A stretch of 64,000 nt of DNA from the IMG/VR virus record IMGVR_UViG_3300035696_000002; one strand, written 5' to 3'. Of the stretch, positions 55,230-64,000 are shown one piece after another. The stretch is from a virus (lineage: Duplodnaviria > Heunggongvirae > Uroviricota > Caudoviricetes). The translations under genes and the position numbers were made by a program. The notes under the pieces are model-generated. The model was given only the letters and a program-made list of their open reading frames with translations, was not told the DNA's origin and did not search any database. How positions within the stretch are numbered: position 1 is the first letter of the stretch; every line of letters starts with the position of its first letter.

Positions 55230-55904
55230 ATGCCCGCAGGTCGTTTACCCGTTCTAAAACTCGCCGCGTCCGCCGTCGCACCGCTGAACACCCCGGCGAT
55301 GAACTCCGCCCTGTTTCAGTGGGGTGCGACTTGGCCGCAGGACGTGAGTTATCTCCGCGACACCTACAACGAAATCCAGACCATCTGGGAACGACTGAAG
55401 GAACCGAATCAGGATCAGGAGCTTTACACTGAGACCGAGCCCCGGCTCCGCGAGCTTATCGTCGGGCTGGGCGATGTGGCGAAGGAACTGACCACCCGCA
55501 CAGACATCTACCAGAGCGTCAACAACGCTGAACATGATTTCAACACCTCCACCAGCTACGCAGCCGCACAAGACTACGCGACCGCGACCATTTACCAGTC
55601 TTATGCCCTGATGAAAATTCACAACATGCTCGACACGTTGACGAGCTTCGCCAACAAACGTCTTCGGCAGGCGTCGTTCGAGAAACTGGGGTACGGGTAT
55701 GACATCAGCGGCGAGCAGAGCAACTACGGCGGCACCAGCGGGCAGGATAACAACGTCCGCGACTTGGCAAACCCACAGAACGGTTGGGAGACCTCCAAGA
55801 ACAAAACCAATTTTTACAGCGTAGATGGTGAGGCCGAGCAGGACTTCCCGGAGTTGGCGGAATTCAAACATAAGCGGATTCATTGGCCCGCGAGGACACG
55901 ATAA
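55230..55904 (+). CDS. Hypothetical protein
   Basis: 224 aa, AGGAG RBS. Confidence 0.65.
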   Translation: MPAGRLPVLKLAASAVAPLNTPAMNSALFQWGATWPQDVSYLRDTYNEIQTIWERLKEPNQDQELYTETEPRLRELIVGLGDVAKELTTRTDIYQSVNNAEHDFNTSTSYAAAQDYATATIYQSYALMKIHNMLDTLTSFANKRLRQASFEKLGYGYDISGEQSNYGGTSGQDNNVRDLANPQNGWETSKNKTNFYSVDGEAEQDFPELAEFKHKRIHWPARTR

Positions 55905-56986
55905 TGTCGCAAACACTACTGGCACCACCTCTCGTTGCGGTCTTGGCCCAAGGGCCTGCGGTTGCTCTACAGACTGGTCTGCTCGATCCGCAGCAGAGCG
56001 TCGCGGTTGCGGGATCGGCAACAGCCTTTGCTCCGGTCGTTCTCAACCAGAATGGTCAACTCGACCCATCACTCATCGGCCTCGGCACTACCGCCGTCGC
56101 TGGAGCCGCCCTCTCTATCGGCCAGCTTGTGAATCTGTACAGCGTCGGCGGAGCCTTGACGGCTCAGCCCGCAACGGCTGGAACAAACCCGCCGCTTACG
56201 CCTAACACGCCTGCGGGCGTAACAGGCCCCGGCCCGTTCCCAGCCCCAGTGCAGGGCTTCGCTACGGCGAACGCAGTTCAAGGCGGATCGGTTTCCATTT
56301 CCTTCACGGGCGTCTTCAACTACATCGACCAGTTCTCTGAGTTCAGTGCTGGGAACGTCGGTGCTGAAGTGTACCTGCGGGCAGACACGACAGAAGCGAC
56401 TGGCGGCATCACGCTCACCCGGCCTTCCGGCCCCGGCCAACTGGATCAGACAGTCGGTACGGTGATTGGCTTCACCTCACCCAATATCGTGTCGGTCGCC
56501 TTCAGTGCCAGCTTCAACGATTTCTCCCGCATCTCCGGCGTTGTGGCAATCAGCCAAGGCGGCACCGGGGCAACGACGGCGGCACAAGCCCTGATAAATC
56601 TGGGCACCACGCAGAGTGCAAACACGTTTTGGGCAGGCCCGGTAAGCGGCGTCCCGGCTGCACCCAGTTTCCGGCTGCTGGTTCTTACCGATCTGCCTTC
56701 TGGCGTAGAACTCACCTCGCACTACCAGTCGATTCGCTTCTCTGCCGGGTCGATCACCGCTGGCACATTGGGCGGGCCGTATGCGGTCAACTTTACTCCG
56801 GCTTTCGCCGACAACAATTACACGGTCGAAGTCACAGCAGTGGTGGGCGAGGCGATGAGCACCGCACCATGTTACGTCGGCGGCGTGCAGCAAACGGGCA
56901 CTGGGACTGGCGTCAACGTCTGGGTCTCAAACGACGATTCAATCAATCACACCGTGTTTGTCCACGTTATAGCACGTCACGACTAA
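55904..56986 (+). CDS. Virion decoration/fibre-like protein
   Basis: TAATG-coupled start MSQTLL; ISQGGTGATTAAQALINLG fibre motif. Confidence 0.6.
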   Translation: MSQTLLAPPLVAVLAQGPAVALQTGLLDPQQSVAVAGSATAFAPVVLNQNGQLDPSLIGLGTTAVAGAALSIGQLVNLYSVGGALTAQPATAGTNPPLTPNTPAGVTGPGPFPAPVQGFATANAVQGGSVSISFTGVFNYIDQFSEFSAGNVGAEVYLRADTTEATGGITLTRPSGPGQLDQTVGTVIGFTSPNIVSVAFSASFNDFSRISGVVAISQGGTGATTAAQALINLGTTQSANTFWAGPVSGVPAAPSFRLLVLTDLPSGVELTSHYQSIRFSAGSITAGTLGGPYAVNFTPAFADNNYTVEVTAVVGEAMSTAPCYVGGVQQTGTGTGVNVWVSNDDSINHTVFVHVIARHD

Positions 56987-56995
56987 TGAGGAACT

Positions 56996-58471
56996 ATGAG
57001 CAACCTTCGTAAATGGGCGGGCGATTTTCAGGTTGGCGGAACAGCAAGCATCACCACGCTGATCGTCGGCCCCTCGGGCACAGCGATCTCTTCCCTTGGC
57101 GGAGTCAATCCGCAGACTGGAACATCCTACAGCCTTGCTCCGAGCGACTATGCGAAACTCGTTACCGTCAGCAACGCAAGCCCAGTCGCAGTTACACTCA
57201 CGAGCACGCTTGGCTCAACATTCTTCTGCTCAGTCTCCAACCTCGGTGCGGGCACAGCAACACTGACCCCGTCCTCCGGCACGATTGATGGCCAAGCCAA
57301 CCTCGCACTGACTCAGTACCAAGGCGTCTTCGTTTACTTCGATGGCACCAACTGGGAGACGGTTCGCGGCGTTGGCGGCGGAGGCGGCGGATCAGGCACC
57401 GTTGCCAGTGGCACAGCCGGGCAGTTGACATGGTATGCGTCCTCAGGAACGACGGTCAGCGGGAATGCGAATGCTACGATATCGAGTGGAGCCCTTACAC
57501 TGGGGCAACCCAACTCGGTTCAAGGTCAGGTAAAGTTCTCGGGTGCAACGAGTGGCACGGTCACCCTCACGGCATTGGCCGCAGCAGGCACATGGACATT
57601 CACGCTGCCATCGAACGCGGGATCAGGAGGACAGTTCCTTCAGACTGACGGTTCCGGCAATACAAGCTGGCAGACGGCGGCTGGCGGGAGCCCCACGTTC
57701 AACAACATTCTGACAGGCACCAACACTACCGGGCAGACACTCACGGTTGGCAGCACGTCCTCATTGACGTTCACGGGCACAGGTGTGGTCAACGCCAATC
57801 AGGTGTACGGTGTTGCTGTCAGCAGCACGCCGCCGACGACTGGACAGGTGCTCACGGCTACGAGTGCGACAACCGCGAACTGGCAGACACCTGCTGGCGG
57901 CGGAGGAAGCGTCGCAGGCAAAAATGTTGTCGTTGGGGCGAACATCGCATCCGGGCAAAGTTGGGGCAGCAACACCTCGTGGGCGAACTACTCCATCTTC
58001 GTCAAGCTATCAGGGTCTATCATTTTGACTCCCTGCAACTCGTGGAATTTCACGATGGGTTTCACGCAGGGAACATCAGCCGTCCTTGGCAATGCATACC
58101 TGTTCCAAGCCCCGCTGAATTCCCCGGCAGGCACTACATGGACACAGATGGCACAAATTCTCTGGGGCGGAGTTGGTGCTCCAACGTTCACTCTCACGGG
58201 TGAAAGCGGAACTGCACCAACTTTCTTCACGACAGATACCATCAGCGTTCCCCTCGATACGACTCATGATTGGTACCTTGTGATTTACTTCACGAGTGCC
58301 GCAGCTAACAGCACCATGGGGTTCATCGAGCCGATTAGCAGCATACCTTATGGTTCCGGCTCCAACATTGTGACGGGGTACACAACGGGCGATCAGACCG
58401 GAACGACGGTTGTGCCTTCGATGTCACCAATCTCATGGAGTTTGATCTCCGCCGTCAACGCTGTTTCTTAA
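56996..58471 (+). CDS. Tail-fibre-like Gly/Ser/Thr-rich protein
   Basis: 491 aa; NPQTGTSYSL, GQFLQTDGSGNTSW, GQVLTATSATTANW motifs. Confidence 0.65.
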   Translation: MSNLRKWAGDFQVGGTASITTLIVGPSGTAISSLGGVNPQTGTSYSLAPSDYAKLVTVSNASPVAVTLTSTLGSTFFCSVSNLGAGTATLTPSSGTIDGQANLALTQYQGVFVYFDGTNWETVRGVGGGGGGSGTVASGTAGQLTWYASSGTTVSGNANATISSGALTLGQPNSVQGQVKFSGATSGTVTLTALAAAGTWTFTLPSNAGSGGQFLQTDGSGNTSWQTAAGGSPTFNNILTGTNTTGQTLTVGSTSSLTFTGTGVVNANQVYGVAVSSTPPTTGQVLTATSATTANWQTPAGGGGSVAGKNVVVGANIASGQSWGSNTSWANYSIFVKLSGSIILTPCNSWNFTMGFTQGTSAVLGNAYLFQAPLNSPAGTTWTQMAQILWGGVGAPTFTLTGESGTAPTFFTTDTISVPLDTTHDWYLVIYFTSAAANSTMGFIEPISSIPYGSGSNIVTGYTTGDQTGTTVVPSMSPISWSLISAVNAVS

Positions 58472-58480
58472 GGAGCCATT

Positions 58481-58636
58481 ATGCCCAACGCTATAATTCA
58501 AATCGGAATCACGTACAACATTCAAGGGGGCGGAACTGCTCTGGTGTTGAACATCAATTACCAAAATCAGACTGCTGTCGTTTGGACAAACGGAGCATCG
58601 GCCCCGTCTGTTGTTCCTCTGGCGAGTCTTTCCTAA
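58481..58636 (+). CDS. Small protein (51 aa, MPNAIIQIGITYNIQGGG...)
   Basis: AAGGAG RBS; fills gap after fibre gene; below ORF-track cutoff. Confidence 0.55.
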   Translation: MPNAIIQIGITYNIQGGGTALVLNINYQNQTAVVWTNGASAPSVVPLASLS

Positions 58637-58657
58637 GCCGATTCAGTATTAGTCTGT

Positions 58658-59326
58658 ATGAAAGTTGAGTTTGAATCATACGGACTCCCGCGACGAGATT
58701 TCTACGACCTCCGAGCGGAACTTATCGACGACGACAAAAAGTTCGAGTCGAGTCACCTCCGCCTGCTTCCCTACGATCAACTTCACCTCTGCTGCATTGG
58801 CAATGCCGGAGCCGCTGCCTGTACGCCGCGTCTTGTCCAACAGGAGAAGGCCCATCGCCGGGAGCGGTTTCTTGCTATGGAGCCGGAGGCTTTTCAACGC
58901 TGCGAAAAATTCCTGCGGGTCGAAGGAATGTACGATGATGTCGTGGAAGCACGGGCGGGAATCGGCTCCCCGGCGTGGGATCATTTGAATTCTCGGCAGC
59001 AAGTCTGGGCAAAATTGAACTGCCTCTACAATCACATCGACGATCCGGCCCAGCGAGTGACCGAGGCGATTGAGCTTTTACGAGAGAGTTCGAAGGCCAT
59101 GAAAGGCGGGCTGCCGCTGGATGTCGCGACGCACTACATAGGCCGCTTGAAAGGCCTGTCCAGCGTGTATCCGGGCAAGATCGGTGACGCCCTGTTCCGC
59201 CAACAGATCGAGGAATACCGCGATAGCATCTATGATTTTCTGGAAGAGAACGAACGGAATATCTGCGAAAACGAGCAGATCAGGGATTACCGTTGTACCT
59301 CGGATTGCTTCCGAGTGCTGGTTTAA
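58658..59326 (+). CDS. Hypothetical protein, probably leaderless
   Basis: 222 aa; GTATT-N7-ATG. Confidence 0.6.
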   Translation: MKVEFESYGLPRRDFYDLRAELIDDDKKFESSHLRLLPYDQLHLCCIGNAGAAACTPRLVQQEKAHRRERFLAMEPEAFQRCEKFLRVEGMYDDVVEARAGIGSPAWDHLNSRQQVWAKLNCLYNHIDDPAQRVTEAIELLRESSKAMKGGLPLDVATHYIGRLKGLSSVYPGKIGDALFRQQIEEYRDSIYDFLEENERNICENEQIRDYRCTSDCFRVLV

Positions 59327-59353
59327 CCCATGTATTTTCAGTAGGTTAGGCTC

Positions 59354-59383
59354 TGGCCAAAACACCCCTGAGACCAGTATACT
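59354..59383 (+). promoter_or_regulatory. Class A promoter TGGCCA-N18-TATACT
   Basis: Repeated motif upstream of helicase. Confidence 0.7.
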
Positions 59384-59406
59384 ATAAGTGGAGAGAAGAG
59401 GAGAAC

Positions 59407-61179
59407 ATGGGAGACAGCCTAGTTCAGATTAAATCGGGCGACGGAACGGTGACCACGGTTACAGCCACGGAAGCCATTGCCGCCATGGACACCACGTTCG
59501 CGAACATCAGCAACGCCAACACCGAACGCTCCACGAACATTCACGATCACTTCCCGCGTAACCCTAGCTTCGGCCCGGAACGCCCGAAACAGACTGAGGC
59601 GTTGGATGCCATTCAGGATGCGTTCGCGGTTCAGAAGAAAAAGTTTGTCATCCTTGAGGCTCCGACTGGTGCTGGTAAATCCGGCATCGGTATGGCCGCT
59701 GCCTCATGGGCCAAGACCCTCCCGGTCATCAATCCCGAAACGCAACGCGGTGCCTACATCATGTCGCCGCAGAAAGTTCTCACCAAGCAGTACATGCGGG
59801 ATTTCGAAATCAACGGCCTCGTGGAGTTGAAGGGCCGGGCGAATTATCCCTGCGACACTTTCGATACGGACTGCGAAGCGGGTGCCCTGCTCTGCGGCGG
59901 CGATGCCGATATGTGCCCGTCCTGCCCGTACAAGACCGCGAAGGCCATCTTCATGGAGCGTCTTGTCGGCACTGAGAACTTCGACTACTACCTGAACGAG
60001 TCGATCTACGCTGGCCAGCTTCCCAATCGCACGATGCTGATCTGCGACGAAGGCCACAACCTTGAGCAGAAAATTCTTGGCTTCACCGATACCGAACTGA
60101 CGCAGAAAAAGTGCGACGAGTACGGTGTGAAGGAAAAGCTGCCCATCTTCAAGCCGAACCACACTCAGGAAATCGTCGAGTGGTTGAGTAACGTGTTCAT
60201 GCCAGCCGCCAGCCGCTACCGGATGTTGCTCGACGAACAGCTTGCCGATGCGAAGGAAGAGGGCAACATCGAGAAGCGTGCGGAAGTCGCCAAGAAGCTG
60301 AACGGCGTGAAGCAATTTCTGGTTCGCGTCAACCGCTTCCTGTCCACCACGACCCCGGACGAGTGGTTCGCATATTCTGACTGGAACCCGGACAAGAAGT
60401 ACAACAAGGGCACTGGCAACCTGATTATTAAGCCCCTGACCGCCCGGCTGTTCGCGAACGACTTGATGTTCAAGAACGCTCAGCACATTCTGATTATGTC
60501 CGCGACGATTCTGGACTTCAACACGTTCATGCGGAATCTTGGAATCGACCCGAAGGATGCGGTTTGCATCCGCATGGACAGCGAGTTCCCGATTGAGAAT
60601 CGTCCGATCTTCTATCTCCCGGTCGGTAACATGGGTTACCGCACGAAGCAAGCGACCCTGCCGAAGATGGCCGCGTTCATCGGCAAGCTGCTGGCGAAGT
60701 ACGCGAAGGTCAAGGGCCTCGTGCACACTCAGTCGTTCGACAACAACGAGTACTTCATCAATTTCTTGACCGAATTCCAAGACCGCATTCTGACCCACAA
60801 GAGCACCTTCAAGGGCTCACGTGAGAAATGCGTAGAGGAACATTCTTCAACGTCCGAGCCGACCGTCCTCTTCTCTCCAAGTATGGCGGAAGGCTTGGAC
60901 TTGAAGGATGATCTCGCCCGGTTCGACATCATCACGAAGGTTCCGTACCCGGCTCTTGACCCTTACGTCAAGGCCCGGCTGGATCGCGACCCGAAGTGGT
61001 ACGCTTGGATGACGGCTCTGGTCATGGTGCAGCAGACTGGCCGCACCAACCGTCACCGCAACGACCGTTCGCACCACTACATTCTGGACGAAGGCTTCGC
61101 GGATTTCTTCAACCGCAACCGTGAAATGTTCCCGAAGTGGTGGACTGATTCGATCATTTGGCCGGGGGACGAACAATGA
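59407..61179 (+). CDS. DinG/YoaA/Rad3-family SF2 helicase
   Basis: Q motif RPKQ, EAPTGAGKS, KGRANYPC..C..C..CPY cluster, DEGHN, MSAT, EGLDL, QQTGRTNRHRND. Confidence 0.9.
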   Translation: MGDSLVQIKSGDGTVTTVTATEAIAAMDTTFANISNANTERSTNIHDHFPRNPSFGPERPKQTEALDAIQDAFAVQKKKFVILEAPTGAGKSGIGMAAASWAKTLPVINPETQRGAYIMSPQKVLTKQYMRDFEINGLVELKGRANYPCDTFDTDCEAGALLCGGDADMCPSCPYKTAKAIFMERLVGTENFDYYLNESIYAGQLPNRTMLICDEGHNLEQKILGFTDTELTQKKCDEYGVKEKLPIFKPNHTQEIVEWLSNVFMPAASRYRMLLDEQLADAKEEGNIEKRAEVAKKLNGVKQFLVRVNRFLSTTTPDEWFAYSDWNPDKKYNKGTGNLIIKPLTARLFANDLMFKNAQHILIMSATILDFNTFMRNLGIDPKDAVCIRMDSEFPIENRPIFYLPVGNMGYRTKQATLPKMAAFIGKLLAKYAKVKGLVHTQSFDNNEYFINFLTEFQDRILTHKSTFKGSREKCVEEHSSTSEPTVLFSPSMAEGLDLKDDLARFDIITKVPYPALDPYVKARLDRDPKWYAWMTALVMVQQTGRTNRHRNDRSHHYILDEGFADFFNRNREMFPKWWTDSIIWPGDEQ

Positions 61180-61520
61180 GTTTCGAGCAACGGCGACGAT
61201 GGATCATCAAATGGTTGAGGGCACAGCCCGAGGGTTCTTGGGCCGATGTCCTCAACGCCCACTTTGTGGACGCCTACCTTGAGGAGTTCAAGCCGCGATT
61301 CGCGGAAATGCCCTTTGGAGCCCACAAGTGCCCACAGCTTGGCCGCGATCTCACGCGGATGCACCGGGAAGGCACCCTGACCCGGAGCACGTCCGGTATC
61401 TCAGGCATGGCCGGGATGGGGTTCCCGCGATGGGTTTACACCTACAAACTCAGCCCCTATATGACTGCAAATAAAGAGTTTACCAGTGGCCAAAGGGACG
61501 CCGAACTCGGTATACTGTAG
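61176..61520 (+). CDS. Hypothetical protein (possible winged helix)
   Basis: ATGA-coupled to helicase; 114 aa. Confidence 0.6.
   Translation: MSFEQRRRWIIKWLRAQPEGSWADVLNAHFVDAYLEEFKPRFAEMPFGAHKCPQLGRDLTRMHREGTLTRSTSGISGMAGMGFPRWVYTYKLSPYMTANKEFTSGQRDAELGIL
61487..61516 (+). promoter_or_regulatory. Class A promoter TGGCCA-N18-TATACT; ATG 6 nt after -10
   Basis: Repeated motif; implies leaderless mRNA. Confidence 0.7.
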
Positions 61521-61522
61521 GT

Positions 61523-62179
61523 ATGACCACGACATCAGGCCTCAGCTACGAGGAACGCCGGGCGATTGAAGTCGCCGAAAAGCAAGCCGCCCTCGCCGCC
61601 CTTGAAACCCTTCGCACCGATCTCGCACGCATCCTGAACTTCAAGTATGTCACCTTCCCGGCAGCCGAAGAACGCGAAGGCTACCTCGTGACGCCCGAAG
61701 GTGCACGGGTCTACGTTTCCTACGAAGGCTACAACCAGTACGAGCGTGTCTCCGTTTCTGGCTACCTCAACATCGGCAAGAACAACCAGTACGTGGAAGC
61801 CTACGACCCCGCGAACAACAATCAGCGTGTTTCCCTTGAGAGCATCAGCGTGGCCGTGAAGCGTGGGGCCGAAGTGATCGCCAAGGAAATCACCCGCCGC
61901 TTCCTGCCGCAGTATCTCCGTATCTTCGCACTGGCTCAGGCCCGTGTCCGTCGCGATGTCGAGTATCAGAGCAACGTGCGTCGCAACCTTGTCACCTTGC
62001 TGCCCCTGATCGGTAAGACCGAAAAAGACCTGCGGGAGGATTACAGCGAGATCAGCTACTACACCGAGGGCCGGGGCTACGGCACCATCCGGTCGCATGA
62101 GGATTCCGTCACCCTCACCCTGAACAGCGTTTCCGTCGAGAAGGCGAAGCAAATTCTGGCGATACTGGAGATCAAGTAA
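61523..62179 (+). CDS. Hypothetical protein
   Basis: 218 aa. Confidence 0.7.
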   Translation: MTTTSGLSYEERRAIEVAEKQAALAALETLRTDLARILNFKYVTFPAAEEREGYLVTPEGARVYVSYEGYNQYERVSVSGYLNIGKNNQYVEAYDPANNNQRVSLESISVAVKRGAEVIAKEITRRFLPQYLRIFALAQARVRRDVEYQSNVRRNLVTLLPLIGKTEKDLREDYSEISYYTEGRGYGTIRSHEDSVTLTLNSVSVEKAKQILAILEIK

Positions 62180-62769
62180 TGACGATCAAGACTCTGGACA
62201 AAGTCACCCTCGGTTTGCTGCGTACCGCCATCAACTCCGCCCTTGAGCAGGTGGGCAAAGAACACGGCGTGAAGATAAGCCTCGGCAAGTGCACGTTCCT
62301 GCCGGAGAACGCGACGTTCAAACTCGAAGTCGCGACGATTGGCGAGGATGGCGACGCGAACATCAGAATGGTCGCCGACTTCAAGAACTACTGCGAGAGC
62401 TACGGCCTCAAGCCGGAACACCTTGGAGCGAAGATCACGTTCGGTGGTGAGCAATACGAACTCGCCGGGCTGGCCTCTGGCCGTTCGTGGAAGAACCCGT
62501 TCATCCTCCGGCGTCCGTCCGATGGCAAACTTTTCAAGGCAGGTGAATCTGCGGTCGAGAGCCTGACCGGGAAGTCCAAGACCCCGGTGGTTCACCGCGA
62601 CATCCTGCGGGGCTACTGCCAGCACCGCCTCGCGAACGGCAACATGTGTGAGAACCAGTTCACCACAATTCGCAAGGTCGGCAAGAAAGTGCTCAACATG
62701 TGCGACGGCTGTGCGGAGTTGCACGACGAAGCCGTGAAGCAGCTACAGGCCCAAGGCCTGATGGCGTAA
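62179..62769 (+). CDS. Hypothetical protein with C-terminal Cys cluster
   Basis: 196 aa, TAATG coupling; CQH..C...CDGC. Confidence 0.7.
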   Translation: MTIKTLDKVTLGLLRTAINSALEQVGKEHGVKISLGKCTFLPENATFKLEVATIGEDGDANIRMVADFKNYCESYGLKPEHLGAKITFGGEQYELAGLASGRSWKNPFILRRPSDGKLFKAGESAVESLTGKSKTPVVHRDILRGYCQHRLANGNMCENQFTTIRKVGKKVLNMCDGCAELHDEAVKQLQAQGLMA

Positions 62770-62816
62770 ACAAGATTCCTCCCCCGCCCTCCCCACATTT
62801 TTGAACAGGAGAGAAT

Positions 62817-62966
62817 ATGCCGCCGACAGGGGATCGCCGCAGCCGGGAACGTTACGGACTGATCGACAACTACACGACACTGGCGTATAATGCTCTGAGA
62901 CGCCACATGCCGGAAACCATGGACGAGCCTGAGCAGGAAGAGAAAGCGATGGCGGCAGCGGCATGA
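62817..62966 (+). CDS. Small protein (49 aa, ends AMAAAA)
   Basis: AGGAG RBS, ATGA-coupled to next ORF. Confidence 0.45.
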   Translation: MPPTGDRRSRERYGLIDNYTTLAYNALRRHMPETMDEPEQEEKAMAAAA

Positions 62967-63160
62967 GAGTTGACATCAAAGCGATCCTGCGTGACCCGGT
63001 GCAGCGTCGGCGGTTGATGATCGGCTGCATTATCGCGACTCAGGCACGAGAAGGAATCGTAACTACGCCGGAGCAAGCGGCTGCGGCGTATGACAAAGTT
63101 CAGCAGCACAGTAAGCGTGATGGGTACTCGCGGACTCGGAAGAGTCTTAAAAATGCTTGA
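62963..63160 (+). CDS. Small hypothetical protein
   Basis: 65 aa. Confidence 0.55.
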   Translation: MRVDIKAILRDPVQRRRLMIGCIIATQAREGIVTTPEQAAAAYDKVQQHSKRDGYSRTRKSLKNA

Positions 63161-63185
63161 ATAACCTGCGACTGATCTGCTGCTT

Positions 63186-63214
63186 ACGCCCCGGTCACAA
63201 GCCGGGGCGTTTTC
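63186..63214 (+). terminator. Probable intrinsic terminator
   Basis: ACGCCCCGGT-CACAA-GCCGGGGCGT-TTT. Confidence 0.6.
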
Positions 63215-63228
63215 ACGTATTAGACATC

Positions 63229-63519
63229 ATGCGAAAACGAGTCCCCAAGGCAGCCGACATCAATCTCGCCCTAAACGCGGTGAACGCAATCCCCGTGGAC
63301 GAGAAGAAAGCTTCCGGTTGGCGAGAATCGCTGCAAGGCACCCCTAACTACCGCGTCTCCGGCGTCACCAACGAACTCCGCTGGTCGGTGGACATCTACG
63401 CCAATTCGTACTACATCGTGCTGGTCGGCTCACGCCCGGCTGAGGAATGCCGTTCGCTGCGTTCTGTGATGGCTTATCTGTACCGTATGCTTGGGGTTAA
63501 GCCCAAATCCAAGAAGTGA
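63229..63519 (+). CDS. Small basic protein, probably leaderless
   Basis: GTATT-N7-ATG; MRKRVPK... Confidence 0.55.
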   Translation: MRKRVPKAADINLALNAVNAIPVDEKKASGWRESLQGTPNYRVSGVTNELRWSVDIYANSYYIVLVGSRPAEECRSLRSVMAYLYRMLGVKPKSKK

Positions 63520-63541
63520 GGCCGCTACTGAATTCTTTGGT

Positions 63542-64000
63542 ATGGAAGACACGCTGATCCCAATTCGCACCATGGATGAATTGAAGAAAGTTCTGTTCAT
63601 CCAAAAGACGGTATCGAGCCGGGCTAAGGCAGAGATGCTGGCACTGGCGGGAGATGGCGAGACCCCGATTAACCCTGAGAAATTTTTCGCAGATATGCGT
63701 CGGCTCGTGAACAAGTATGCGTCCTACCCCACGCTGACTGAGATGAAAGATAATCCGCAGATCGCGAACGAAATGAAGTGGGGCTCAACTTTCGGAGTCG
63801 CGGTTCTCGTCGGCGGATTGGTTCTGGACGAAGCGAAACAACAGCACCCGCATTTTGATTCGGTGATCCGGCAGATGTTCGTGAAGCTGCTCGTCGAAAT
63901 GAACAGCCCCAAACACAAGTACCTCGTCGAACCGCTGGAGGAGGCGATCAAAGTTAAGATCACCACGGTGAATGGAAAACCTGTCACCGAGGAACAGGCC
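63542..64000 (+). CDS. Hypothetical protein (partial, runs off window end)
   Basis: Open from ATG 63542 (MEDTLIPIRTMDELKKV...) to window end. Confidence 0.6.
   Translation, partial: MEDTLIPIRTMDELKKVLFIQKTVSSRAKAEMLALAGDGETPINPEKFFADMRRLVNKYASYPTLTEMKDNPQIANEMKWGSTFGVAVLVGGLVLDEAKQQHPHFDSVIRQMFVKLLVEMNSPKHKYLVEPLEEAIKVKITTVNGKPVTEEQA

Overview
A 64-kb segment of a large contractile-tailed (myovirus-like) bacteriophage genome read in the standard genetic code. 1-39.5 kb (mostly minus strand) is a virion module: baseplate wedge/hub/spike-like proteins, giant Ig-repeat proteins, a fibre-like protein ending in two tandem Hint domains, lysozyme-like proteins, tape measure and probable chaperones. 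39.6-45.3 kb holds a DnaB-like helicase, an initiator with internal iteron-like repeats, a DnaC-like loader and a class II ribonucleotide reductase. 47.0-53.3 kb is an RNA island: 16 tRNAs, an RNase P RNA, a catalytic-core-only GlyRS-like protein and many non-canonical tRNA-like and structured RNAs. 53.6-64 kb encodes a metallophosphoesterase, an HhH-GPD glycosylase, fibre-like proteins, a DinG-like helicase and small ORFs. Main discovery candidate: the tRNA array contains all 12 standard anticodons that read GNN codons (Val, Ala, Asp, Glu, Gly) plus Cys and nothing else. It lies directly behind a 43-codon leader ORF missing from the ORF track (49321-49452) that samples 14 of the 16 GNN codons plus TGT and overlaps a mutually exclusive antiterminator/terminator pair. 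This looks like a ribosome-mediated attenuator that senses tRNA shortage and switches on a matching replacement tRNA array. All calls were made by eye; no searches or folding programs were run.
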